Positions 1 to 9,513 of a stretch of 44,597 nt of DNA are shown here, one piece after another. The notes beneath the pieces are model-generated. The model saw nothing but the letters and a program-made list of their open reading frames with translations. It made no database searches and was not told the origin of the DNA. A program made the position numbers and the translations under genes. The stretch lies in IMG/VR virus record IMGVR_UViG_3300014508_000001, positions 1-44,597 of that record; one strand, 5' to 3'. This DNA is from a virus (taxonomy: Duplodnaviria; Caudoviricetes). The first letter of the stretch is position 1, and each line of letters opens with the position of its first letter.

Positions 1-99
1 TAAGTGACTCTCTAGATAATCAGATAGAAGATATCATTGACAGCATTGACCACTTACCCGAACCTATTAATATTAAAACAGGTAAAGATAGTGGATTTG
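1..99. repeat. Terminal overlap identical to 44499-44597 (circular assembly artefact)
   Basis: Exact 99-bp identity, and it falls inside a CDS. Confidence 0.95.
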
Positions 100-2396
100 C
101 TGATGCACTCTATTCAGCTTTTACTACTTTAGATAATTCACTAAATCAGGCATTCCGTGGATTAGCTCACAAGTTATTAGAAAACCCTCAAGGTAATGCA
201 CTTCCTGATGACACAGCTTCTATTAAATCTTTTATCTTTGACAAGCAGATTAACTCAGCTGTTAAGAATAGATATAATGAAGGCTATGAAGAATGGTCCG
301 TATCTGAAGGTAGAAATATTGCTTCAGCTTATCTTGATGTAAAGAACTTCAAGCCTAAATTTGATAACCAAGTTTACGCTAAGATTACTAATCCTGATTT
401 AGAAGTTCATCCAGCAATTGCCAAAGCAGCTGATGGATTACGTGAAGGATTTGCCAAAGCATTAGAAATACGTAAAGCGAAAGGAGAATTAGGGTTTGAG
501 CATGTTAAGTCAGATTCTCGTTATATCCCTCGTATTATGGATGGTGCTAAGATGGATACAGCTGTTAATAAATATAACAAGGCAACTGTATTAGCAACCC
601 TATCTCAAGGCTATCAAACTGGTGGTATTAAGTTAAGCCAGAAGAATGCTGATACATTAGCGGAGATGCAGTATAACCGTACTATGTCGTCTACACTATC
701 AGCAAGACATGCTTTTGAAGATGTTGTGTCTGTAGCAGAACGTGAGCGATTCTTGAAAGAATTAGAGACAGCTGGTGTACCTAAAGAAGTATTAGAAGAT
801 TTTGTAGCTGAGAAAGAGTTAGCTGAATTAACTGATAGTGTTTCTAGTCGTGCTAAGTTTGGTGTCTATATTAATCCTGAAGCTGAAGTTAATGGATTAA
901 AAGTACAAGAATTACTTAATACAAATGTAGCTGAGCTTTCTCAAAACTACTTCAAAGAAGCAGCAGGGGGAGCAGCATTAGCAACTAAAGGTATTAAGAG
1001 TTATTCACATGGCATGTCACTAATAGATGCAGCTGAGCAAGTTGGACGTAATTCAGGTTTATCTAAAGAACGTATGGCAACTGAAGCTCAAATGTTACGT
1101 GATACTGTTACTATGATGTATGGTAAATCAACTGAAGCTGACCCCACTTCATTAGCTGTTGTAGGTGCTAGGCGCGTTCGAGAATACACAGGTATTATTC
1201 GATTAGGTCAAGTAGGTTTTGCACAGATGGGTGAGATTGGCAGAGCTATGGCTCATCTTGGATTAGGGACAGTTCTTAAAAATGTACCTGTTGCTTCTTT
1301 GTTTAAATCACGAAGAGGAATAAGAGCGGGTGGCAAATCTAGTGGTGATTCAATTGAACCTGAATTACGTGAAATAGAAGAGCAGCTGGGCTATGTAGGT
1401 GAAGACAATTGGCTAACACCTGTTTCAGTTCGTCATGAAGATTTAGGTGAAGTAGGAGAAGCTGGTGCAGTTGGTCGTATCTTTGATAATATGACAGCGG
1501 CAGGTGGTAGAGTAAATGCTATTGCAAGTGGCTTCCAAGCTATTCAAGGTGGTTCTGAGAAACTAGTAATGAGAGGTATCAAACAGAATCTTATTAAGAT
1601 GGCTGAAGGTGACAATCGTTTTAGTAGACAGTTACTAACTGAGTCAGGTTTGACAGATGAGTTTATTGATGAATTCTCTGAGTTCATTAGAAAGAACCCT
1701 AAGTCTGAAAAGTTTAATGGTAAGGATATACGCTTAATGAACTTTGAAGCTATGTCACCTCAAATGAGAGAGACTTTAGTTATTGCTATGCAGCGTATGT
1801 CAGGTCGTATGATTCAAAGAAACTTCATAGGAGATACTTCTCCGTGGATGAATAAATGGGTAGGTAAGTCTTTAACTCAGTTTAAATCATTTAGTTTAGT
1901 TTCTATGGAAAAGCAGTTAATACATGACCTTCGTGGTGATAAAATTAAAGCTGCACAAATACTGATGTTTTCTAGCCTTATGTCATATATGGCTTATTCA
2001 TCTCAACATCTACTACGTTCACTGGGGGAAGATGACCCTGAGGCTTATCTAGCAGAAGCTTTCGATGAACGCAATGTAGCATTTGGTGTATTCAATAAAC
2101 TTCCTCAAACTGCTTCCGTGTCACTAGCTGGTGATGCTTTGGCTACCTTTGGTGCTCTTCCTGATGAATTATATTCTACAGGTGGACGTATGGGATTCAG
2201 ACCTATGAACACTGGTAATGTTGCCCCTGCTCTAGGTACAATCCAAGGTGGTGTAGACTTAGTAGGTTCACTTGTTAATACATTATCAGGTGAAGGCGAG
2301 ACTAAGGATACAGCAGAAAAGCTAAGAAAACTTATTCCATTAGGGAATACAATCGGTGTAGGCTCAGTCCTACAAGCAGCTAACAATCAATTATAA
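1..2396 (+). CDS. 3' part of large internal virion (ejection) protein, T7 gp16 / SP6-like equivalent; continues from 43109 across the assembly join (about 1261 aa in total)
   Basis: Frame 3 reads open from base 3 (SDSLDNQIEDI...) into the 537-2396 ORF and is in frame with the ORF starting at 43109 via the 99-bp overlap. C-terminal QFKSF...EKQ and LPQ/IPLGN patterns. Lies just before the tail fibre. Confidence 0.85.
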   Translation, partial: SDSLDNQIEDIIDSIDHLPEPINIKTGKDSGFADALYSAFTTLDNSLNQAFRGLAHKLLENPQGNALPDDTASIKSFIFDKQINSAVKNRYNEGYEEWSVSEGRNIASAYLDVKNFKPKFDNQVYAKITNPDLEVHPAIAKAADGLREGFAKALEIRKAKGELGFEHVKSDSRYIPRIMDGAKMDTAVNKYNKATVLATLSQGYQTGGIKLSQKNADTLAEMQYNRTMSSTLSARHAFEDVVSVAERERFLKELETAGVPKEVLEDFVAEKELAELTDSVSSRAKFGVYINPEAEVNGLKVQELLNTNVAELSQNYFKEAAGGAALATKGIKSYSHGMSLIDAAEQVGRNSGLSKERMATEAQMLRDTVTMMYGKSTEADPTSLAVVGARRVREYTGIIRLGQVGFAQMGEIGRAMAHLGLGTVLKNVPVASLFKSRRGIRAGGKSSGDSIEPELREIEEQLGYVGEDNWLTPVSVRHEDLGEVGEAGAVGRIFDNMTAAGGRVNAIASGFQAIQGGSEKLVMRGIKQNLIKMAEGDNRFSRQLLTESGLTDEFIDEFSEFIRKNPKSEKFNGKDIRLMNFEAMSPQMRETLVIAMQRMSGRMIQRNFIGDTSPWMNKWVGKSLTQFKSFSLVSMEKQLIHDLRGDKIKAAQILMFSSLMSYMAYSSQHLLRSLGEDDPEAYLAEAFDERNVAFGVFNKLPQTASVSLAGDALATFGALPDELYSTGGRMGFRPMNTGNVAPALGTIQGGVDLVGSLVNTLSGEGETKDTAEKLRKLIPLGNTIGVGSVLQAANNQL

Positions 2397-2405
2397 GGAG
2401 TCATT

Positions 2406-5400
2406 ATGGCTTTTTCATTTACGCAAAGTGTAGGAGATGGTACAACTGTCTCTTATCCTTTTAGTTTTGTAGGAGAAGGTAAGGGTTATCTAAGAGACTC
2501 AGATATTAAAGTTTTCTTAGATGACGTAGAATCTACTTATACTCTTATTGGTACTAATACTATTCAATTTAATACTGCACCTTCAGTGGGTGCTGATATA
2601 TTAATAAGACGTATTATGCCTAAAGATAAACCGTATACTGACTTTTCTCGTGGTAATAACTTCGGGCAGAATCAATTAAACTTTACGGTATTACAACAAC
2701 TATACATCTATCATGAAATACTTGATGGTTTTTCAGATGGTGTGACTGACCACCAGTTCCAAGCAGACATAAATATGAATGGTCATACTATTCGTAATAT
2801 GGCAGCACCTGTAGGTGATGGAGATGCAGTTCCTTTACAATTCCTTCGTGAGTTTGTAATAGATGAACAAGGTGGTCTTGCACTTGTCAACAGAGCAGAG
2901 ACAGCTGCAATAAGTGCTGAGACTAGTGCTAATCATGCTGAAGACTTATATAATGACTTTAGAGATGATTATATGGGTAATGGCCCTGTCTTTCCTGTTC
3001 CTAATAAAGCTGGTTCATTATTCTATTATGATGGTCCTGATTTTACTCAGGGGCTTTACATAAGCTATCCTCAAAATAACGACCAGTATACAGGTACTTG
3101 GAGTCTTATCTCAGGTGTTGGCCCTCAAGGAGCTACAGGCCCTCAAGGTGTTCAAGGGTCTGATGGTGTTAAAGGGGAACAAGGGATAGAAGGTCCTCAA
3201 GGTATTCAAGGTCAGCAAGGTATTCAAGGTGCGCTAGGTGACACGGGACCCTCTGGTATTAAAGGTGAAACTGGTGCTACAGGTCCTCAAGGTGTACAGG
3301 GCGTTGTTGGCCCAGTAGGTGCAGTTGGTGGACAAGGCCCAACGGGTGCAGAAGGCCCAGTAGGTCCAGCAGGTATACAAGGTGTAGTCGGTCCAGTTGG
3401 TAACACGGGGGATACAGGTCCTCAAGGACAAACAGGACCAACAGGCCCTCAAGGTATTGAAGGACCAGAAGGTATTGTAGGACCCGTTGGCTCTCGTGGC
3501 CCTCAAGGTCACCAAGGTGTAGAAGGTGCTCAAGGTAATACTGGAGCTACTGGTGAACAAGGTATCCAAGGTGTAGGTATCCAAGGAGCTGTTGGTCCTC
3601 AAGGAGATGAAGGTCCTCAGGGTGTTCAAGGTCCAATAGGCCCTCAGGGTGTTGGTTTGCAAGGAGTAGAAGGTCCAGAAGGTCCAGAAGGGCCAGACGG
3701 ACCACAGGGTGTTCAAGGTATTAGTATCACAGGGCCAACAGGACCTCAGGGTGTTCAAGGCCCATTAGGACCCCGAGGCATACAAGGTATTGATGGTCAG
3801 TCTTTTAATATTGATGCTATTGGTCTTATTTCAGAACGAGTTAACTATAATAACGAATTAGCGGATTTTAAATACTATGCAACTGATTACAGTGTAACAG
3901 CAGATGAAGAACCTGATTTTGATAGATTTATAGGTAATGGTACAACAACTGATTATACCCTAAGCTATACAGCAGATGGTCCTCAGTCCATACAAGCACA
4001 AGTAGGTGGTGTGGTTCAAGGCCCTGATAACTATGATATCGAAGTAGTTAATGAAGTTTATACAGTTAAATTCCATGAAGCGCCTACAGCAGGTCTTCAG
4101 GTATTAGTACGAGAGTTTAGTATTGCTACTGGGTATGGGGCTATTTTCATTAAAGAATCTAACACCTCAGGCGATTGGTCTCCTGCTATCCCATTTGGTA
4201 GAGGACCTAGAGGTGACCAAGGAATAGAAGGTAATCAAGGAGTTATTGGACCACAAGGTGCTACAGGCCCATTAGGACCACAAGGACCTGTTGGTGCTCA
4301 AGGTATCAAAGGGGTTCAAGGTTCCGTTGGTCCTCAAGGTGCTCAGGGAGATACAGGACCTAAAGGAGTTCAAGGTGACCAAGGTATTCAAGGTACAGTA
4401 GGTATTCAAGGCCCTCAAGGGGCAGTTGGTGCAGAAGGTCCTGAAGGAGACCAAGGTATAGTAGGCTCTCAAGGTATCGCTGGTGTCCAAGGTGATAAAG
4501 GTGATACGGGAAGCACAGGTGGTACTGGACCTCAAGGACCAACAGGTACGGTAGGCCCTCAAGGAGCTACAGGTGATGTAGGACCTCAAGGCACAAGTGG
4601 CCCAACAGGTGATACAGGCTCTCGTGGTGCAACTGGGCCTCAAGGACCAACAGGTAATCAAGGTAGTATTGGACCTGAAGGTCCTGAAGGAGACCAAGGA
4701 CCAGCTGGTATTGTTGGACCTCAAGGCGCTACTGGTGACGTTGGACCGCAAGGTCAGCAAGGTAAAAGTGGTGACCGTGGACCAACAGGTATTCAAGGTG
4801 CAGAGGGTGACCGTGGGCCAACTGGTATCCAAGGACCTCAAGGTAATTTAGGTGCTACAGGACCACAGGGTGCTCAAGGGCCAGTAGGTGCTCAAGGTGC
4901 TCGTGGTGACCAAGGCTCAACAGGACCAACAGGTGGAGTAGGACCAACAGGTGGTCAAGGACCTGAAGGGGATGAAGGTGCTAGTGGTCGTAGTTCAGGA
5001 GGAGATTTAGTAAGTATAGGAAGTGTGTCTCTTACCAGTACTATAAAGACAGGTGTCCTGAAAACTATAACAATTAATGAAACAGCAGCCTTTCGGAGAA
5101 GACTTATAATCTCTGACTTTGAAGCGGTAGGTAACAGTAATTCTATTAATGGAACTCAAGTAAGTCTGCAATTATACAGCGGTGCATTCTTGGTGGCATC
5201 TGCAACTTCTTCACCTTTAACAGGTAATGGAGATAAAGAGAGAATAGGCTCTTTCGCACTCTCAATAGAGGCGGGAGCCGTAGGTACTTATACCTTAAAA
5301 GCTCAATCATCTAATGGAGGAGCAACGATACGAGGACATATAAGAAGCAGTACATTTGGTTTCTCTTCCAATAACGGAATAGTCTCTATTATGCCTGAAA

Positions 5401-5423
5401 CTAATGAAACAACTATTACATAA
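2406..5423 (+). CDS. Tail fibre with T7 gp17-type N-terminal adaptor and two long collagen (Gly-X-Y) blocks
   Basis: N-terminus GDGTTVSYPFSF...IQFNTAP...IRR...DFSRG; G-X-Y runs at 3120-3803 and 4203-4994; AAGGAG RBS. Confidence 0.9.
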   Translation: MAFSFTQSVGDGTTVSYPFSFVGEGKGYLRDSDIKVFLDDVESTYTLIGTNTIQFNTAPSVGADILIRRIMPKDKPYTDFSRGNNFGQNQLNFTVLQQLYIYHEILDGFSDGVTDHQFQADINMNGHTIRNMAAPVGDGDAVPLQFLREFVIDEQGGLALVNRAETAAISAETSANHAEDLYNDFRDDYMGNGPVFPVPNKAGSLFYYDGPDFTQGLYISYPQNNDQYTGTWSLISGVGPQGATGPQGVQGSDGVKGEQGIEGPQGIQGQQGIQGALGDTGPSGIKGETGATGPQGVQGVVGPVGAVGGQGPTGAEGPVGPAGIQGVVGPVGNTGDTGPQGQTGPTGPQGIEGPEGIVGPVGSRGPQGHQGVEGAQGNTGATGEQGIQGVGIQGAVGPQGDEGPQGVQGPIGPQGVGLQGVEGPEGPEGPDGPQGVQGISITGPTGPQGVQGPLGPRGIQGIDGQSFNIDAIGLISERVNYNNELADFKYYATDYSVTADEEPDFDRFIGNGTTTDYTLSYTADGPQSIQAQVGGVVQGPDNYDIEVVNEVYTVKFHEAPTAGLQVLVREFSIATGYGAIFIKESNTSGDWSPAIPFGRGPRGDQGIEGNQGVIGPQGATGPLGPQGPVGAQGIKGVQGSVGPQGAQGDTGPKGVQGDQGIQGTVGIQGPQGAVGAEGPEGDQGIVGSQGIAGVQGDKGDTGSTGGTGPQGPTGTVGPQGATGDVGPQGTSGPTGDTGSRGATGPQGPTGNQGSIGPEGPEGDQGPAGIVGPQGATGDVGPQGQQGKSGDRGPTGIQGAEGDRGPTGIQGPQGNLGATGPQGAQGPVGAQGARGDQGSTGPTGGVGPTGGQGPEGDEGASGRSSGGDLVSIGSVSLTSTIKTGVLKTITINETAAFRRRLIISDFEAVGNSNSINGTQVSLQLYSGAFLVASATSSPLTGNGDKERIGSFALSIEAGAVGTYTLKAQSSNGGATIRGHIRSSTFGFSSNNGIVSIMPETNETTIT
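3120..3803 (+). repeat. Collagen block 1 (about 76 triplets, a few interruptions)
   Basis: GPQ/GAT/GVQ/GIQ triplets. Confidence 0.9.
4203..4994 (+). repeat. Collagen block 2 (about 88 triplets)
   Basis: Continuous G-X-Y. Confidence 0.9.
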
Positions 5424-5437
5424 TTATAGGAGTTATA

Positions 5438-8400
5438 ATGGATAAGATACAAGTATACGGGGCAGACTCTGCCCTAGTCGCTATGACAAAACAAGAGTTC
5501 TTCGCCCAAGCAGAGAAGCGTATACGCGACTCTGCGGGGAGTGGGTTTAGTGAGTGGGGTAAACACTTTGTAAACAACGCAACTGTGAACGAAGGTTTGT
5601 GGCAACATAATACTGACGCAGCTAATGCTAATCGTCTAGCCATGGGGTTTGAGGAATCAGGTTCGGGTATATCAAGAAGCACAAACCCTATAGGAGTAGT
5701 GAGTGGGGTTAGCTTAGCAATTAACAGTATTAATTATGCAGGAGAGAGAAACTACATACAATTCCCTGACGCTCCTGATGGTACTAAGACTTACGACTCA
5801 GCTACAGGTGTGGTTACTCAACATACGAGTGCGGCAGAGGCGTTTGAAGGTTTGGTTACAGATGGTGATTTCCGTAGTGGTGGTATTACTAACTTCACCT
5901 TTAATAATAGTACAGGAACTTTCTCTAATGGAACAATACAACTCGTCAGCACTAATGCGTCTTGGGCATCTATGACGCAATCTTTAGGTAGTCAGACGCA
6001 GCTTGAATTTAAGGTAGAGGTCGTAATATCTAGGTCAGATGTAGATTTTGATATCCGTCTAGATAATATACCCATAGCTGCGTATCCCGCAGGTACTACA
6101 GGAGTTATTACTGTCATAGGTGATAGTTCACAGGACACAACATTAGACTTTGCGGTAGTCTCTAAGAGTACAGCTAGTGGTGCTGAATTACATATAGAAT
6201 CACTGTCCGTAATGCCAGTTACAGAACAAGTAATCACCTCACGTAAAGACTTCGCATTCTTAGAAGTATTCCACGAAGAAGTTAGCTTAAATGCTGGCGT
6301 TGATGGGAACAAAGATGAAGTGTACTACAAAGGTATGGTTCAGTCAGGTAAGACTAATCCTTACGGTATAACATCTACTACTCGTAGTGATGGGTACACA
6401 CGCTTCGGTGAGTGGGATTCAGTAACTACAGGACACCGTGTTATATGGTCAACGATGAACTTCATTGAACGTAATGAATTCTTACAAGACCCTGAGAATA
6501 ACTTCTACCGTGATGGTGACAAGATTATTCAAGTACGTGGACGTATAAGAGTTATTGAAGGTTTAGGTGATGATTGGAAAGGCATAAAGACCGAAAGCCA
6601 TACAACTTGGTTTGGATATAATGTTTCAGGTACGGCTAACGCAATTAGACAGAGAGGTTCAAGCACAAGTTCAGGGGATTTTTACGTAAGCGGTAGCGAT
6701 AACGGTCGTTTGTATGTAAATCAAAACTACACAGATAGTTCAGTCAACGAAAATGGTTTGTGGACTCCTAGGAATACACCAGAAACAACAGTTGCCCATG
6801 ATAACCAATGTTTCGCTTTACCTATCGCACTAGTACAACGTAGAAACCAAGGTGGTTATCATCCTGCTTATAACCCTAATGGTTGTAGCAAATTTATACA
6901 TTCAAACGGGAATGATGCTAGAGATTGGACAAGCACTGCAATTAGAGTGCCGCCAACGTCAATGTCGAGCTGTTTTGGTGCGGAAGCACACACAGGGACA
7001 GGCGATATAGGTTCAAGTAATACAGGGCGAATACAAGACTCAAAATTCTACGATGCTATCTACGCTAGTGACGTTGACGATTTACGTATGAGTTCTCTTA
7101 TCAAGACAGATGAACAGATACATGCTAAGTATTCACCAAAGGCGAAAGCTGGTGATATACGTGGGTACGAGGGTGTCCCTTTTACTAAATGGTATGTGGT
7201 AGGCAGTACCTCAGTAGGTACAAGCTCCCCTAATATAGTTAAATTACCTTTGGCTGATATAACAGGACAACCCTTTGATGCTAATGAGAGTCAGTTTCCA
7301 GCAACAGGGAGTGTAATAGTGGGAGGGACTGTACACGCAGTTTCAGCGTTATCTTCTGATGCTGTTAATTTGTATATAAAAAGCCCTACATTACCTACTG
7401 GTGGTGTTGCTGGTGGCTCTTCCGTAGTTGCTGTTATAGGTGAAGCTAGTTCACACAAGCAAGCCAACCCTACTTGGACATCGCTGATAGGCGACCCAGC
7501 TAGAATTTTAGCTACGTTCCCGAACGGTGTTGAAGGTCAGTGGATTCCTATTTTACCTAATGGAGCTAATACTCCAAAGGAACTTAATAGAAAGTCGTTA
7601 GCCGTTGCTACTGCTATTGCGGAACATACGTTAGATGATGGACTAACTTGGGACAAGGCTACACCGCCAATTGACTCAGTAACCAATGAAGTAACAGTCA
7701 ATGACCCAGTGAATCGGGTATGGCTAATCCACTACGAAACCAAAGCTCACTTCACAGAGGATGCGCTTAAAGCAGCCAGTACGTACGAAGGTGACTTGTT
7801 TGCTACAAATGCTAACACAGATTTTCGTGGTTGTATCTTACGTAGCTCTCTAACAGGTAAAATCAGTACGGGTAATAACTCAAAGTGGCAATGGCAAGCA
7901 CCTTTGACATACCTGTTACTAGAAAATTCTGGGAGTGGTTCGTTTATCGCATCAGGTACAAAATACGAACCTGAACACGCACCTGTAGAATTAAATGGTA
8001 ACTCAGGTAGTGCTATTAAGTTGTTTGACAAGGTAGTACACGAAGATGGTGTGGCTAACTTGCATTTCCATTACAAGGATATGATTTATGATACTGAGAT
8101 TAATTCTGGTACTGATATTACCTTTATTGACAGGAGCGATACTGATACTACCTTAACAGTTATTGGTGATTACTGCCACATTACTAGTGGTACGTTCCAA
8201 GGGTACTATAGAATCGTTAATGATACTTCCGTTGCAATGAGTGCTAACTTATGGTCACATGATATCGAAGGTAACATCATAGATGCTAATGGTGGTATAT
8301 ACTTTGAACTATGGAATGGTAATGGCTGGGGTGATGATGATATGTTCCAGATAGTTAACAATCAAGGGTCGTTCACAGATGACAATGGTAATGTTGGTGT

Positions 8401-8458
8401 CCGTGGTACTGCTAAACTTAGAAGAGGTGCTGTTCAGTACTTCTCAACGGAGATGTAA
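5438..8458 (+). CDS. Second receptor-binding / tail fibre-spike protein with a probable carbohydrate-binding insert
   Basis: 1006 aa, rich in G/S/T/N and beta-strand patterns; lies between tail fibre and holin; LVTDGDF...IESLSVMPV jelly-roll-like segment; AGGAG RBS. Confidence 0.65.
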   Translation: MDKIQVYGADSALVAMTKQEFFAQAEKRIRDSAGSGFSEWGKHFVNNATVNEGLWQHNTDAANANRLAMGFEESGSGISRSTNPIGVVSGVSLAINSINYAGERNYIQFPDAPDGTKTYDSATGVVTQHTSAAEAFEGLVTDGDFRSGGITNFTFNNSTGTFSNGTIQLVSTNASWASMTQSLGSQTQLEFKVEVVISRSDVDFDIRLDNIPIAAYPAGTTGVITVIGDSSQDTTLDFAVVSKSTASGAELHIESLSVMPVTEQVITSRKDFAFLEVFHEEVSLNAGVDGNKDEVYYKGMVQSGKTNPYGITSTTRSDGYTRFGEWDSVTTGHRVIWSTMNFIERNEFLQDPENNFYRDGDKIIQVRGRIRVIEGLGDDWKGIKTESHTTWFGYNVSGTANAIRQRGSSTSSGDFYVSGSDNGRLYVNQNYTDSSVNENGLWTPRNTPETTVAHDNQCFALPIALVQRRNQGGYHPAYNPNGCSKFIHSNGNDARDWTSTAIRVPPTSMSSCFGAEAHTGTGDIGSSNTGRIQDSKFYDAIYASDVDDLRMSSLIKTDEQIHAKYSPKAKAGDIRGYEGVPFTKWYVVGSTSVGTSSPNIVKLPLADITGQPFDANESQFPATGSVIVGGTVHAVSALSSDAVNLYIKSPTLPTGGVAGGSSVVAVIGEASSHKQANPTWTSLIGDPARILATFPNGVEGQWIPILPNGANTPKELNRKSLAVATAIAEHTLDDGLTWDKATPPIDSVTNEVTVNDPVNRVWLIHYETKAHFTEDALKAASTYEGDLFATNANTDFRGCILRSSLTGKISTGNNSKWQWQAPLTYLLLENSGSGSFIASGTKYEPEHAPVELNGNSGSAIKLFDKVVHEDGVANLHFHYKDMIYDTEINSGTDITFIDRSDTDTTLTVIGDYCHITSGTFQGYYRIVNDTSVAMSANLWSHDIEGNIIDANGGIYFELWNGNGWGDDDMFQIVNNQGSFTDDNGNVGVRGTAKLRRGAVQYFSTEM

Positions 8459-8462
8459 TAAA

Positions 8463-8999
8463 ATGATAGAAAAGTTCTTAACATCTGTAGAGATACAGAC
8501 TAAACCAGCACTTAGGGTTTTTGATGAAGAGCTTGGAATCTGGAAGACAGCTACGGAGGCTGAGTATTACACTCAGTCTTTCCTAATGCCTCGTCCAGAG
8601 ACTAAAGTTCAAGCTGACTTAGATAGAGTAATCCGACTTAATAAACCTGCATGGGTTATAGCAAGATTTGAAGCTCTAGTACAACTAGGTCTTGATTGGG
8701 ATTGGTGTGATGAGTATGTTCATTATACAAATGACTTGTATGATTTTGTAAATTTCGTACCTGTTCAAGAGTATGATGAACTAGGTGAACCACTTCCATT
8801 AGTGGTCCTAGATGAGCCTGTGTTGCCAGTACATAAGAAAATGGTAATAGTATCCTATAGTGAACGTAGAGTAGCTGAATATCCTTCTATGGAAGAATTT
8901 GCTGATGCTTATGTTCACATGGTAAACGGTGACCCTCTCCCCTTAGAACAGTATGCTAAGAAGTGCTTAGATATAAAGGCCAAGTTTCCTAAAAGCTAA
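8463..8999 (+). CDS. Probable tail fibre assembly/accessory protein
   Basis: ATG 8463 follows GGAG; directly after the RBP; C-terminal YSERRVAEYPSMEEFADA...IKAKFPK is typical of fibre-associated proteins. Confidence 0.55.
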   Translation: MIEKFLTSVEIQTKPALRVFDEELGIWKTATEAEYYTQSFLMPRPETKVQADLDRVIRLNKPAWVIARFEALVQLGLDWDWCDEYVHYTNDLYDFVNFVPVQEYDELGEPLPLVVLDEPVLPVHKKMVIVSYSERRVAEYPSMEEFADAYVHMVNGDPLPLEQYAKKCLDIKAKFPKS

Positions 9000-9011
9000 C
9001 GGAGATATTTT

Positions 9012-9206
9012 ATGAAAGATGAAAGTTTAAAAGAGGGCCTTGTTGAGGTAGTTAAGGCCCTACCTCCTGTAAGTGTAGCAACAGCTAGTTTTATGGGACT
9101 ATCATTACAAGAGTGGGTATACGCAGTGACTATTGTGTATACTGGTTTTCAATTATTCGTATTGATACGTGATAAGATTTGGAGAAACAAAGATGGCGAC
9201 AAATAA
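9012..9206 (+). CDS. Class II holin (T7 gp17.5-like)
   Basis: VVKALPPV...GLSLQEWVYAVTIVYTGFQ with a basic C-terminus; lies before terS. Confidence 0.85.
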   Translation: MKDESLKEGLVEVVKALPPVSVATASFMGLSLQEWVYAVTIVYTGFQLFVLIRDKIWRNKDGDK

Positions 9207-9513
9207 ACGGTCAGCTAGTGAAGATGATGTAGGTCTCTTACATAATGCCATTACTAAAGGCTTCACAGCTAAAGTTGGTCACATGCTTGAACAGTTTGAA
9301 GAAGCTGAAGAGGCAGGTGATAATGTTGGTAAGATGATGGCGATTGATACTCGTGATTTAGCAGCAGCAGCCAAGTGGGTTCAAGCAAACGAAGTTACAT
9401 GTGCTATGCCTGAAGTTCAGGGTGATAACGCTCTTAAGAAGCAACTAGATGCTATCAAGGCTAAGCAGCAAGGCCGAGTTATTAGTATGACAGATAGTAT
9501 CAAGGAGGCTTAA
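9193..9513 (+). CDS. terS: Terminase small subunit
   Basis: ASED.VG.LH motif, AAAKWVQANEVTC; GGAG RBS before ATG 9193; overlaps the terL start. Confidence 0.8.
   Translation: MATNKRSASEDDVGLLHNAITKGFTAKVGHMLEQFEEAEEAGDNVGKMMAIDTRDLAAAAKWVQANEVTCAMPEVQGDNALKKQLDAIKAKQQGRVISMTDSIKEA

Noticed and set aside
537-2396. 619-aa ORF as a complete gene
   Set aside because: The frame is open upstream and joins the ORF starting at 43109
3234-4851. Minus-strand and alternate-frame ORFs over the collagen region
   Set aside because: By-products of G-X-Y codon periodicity; no RBS or promoter support
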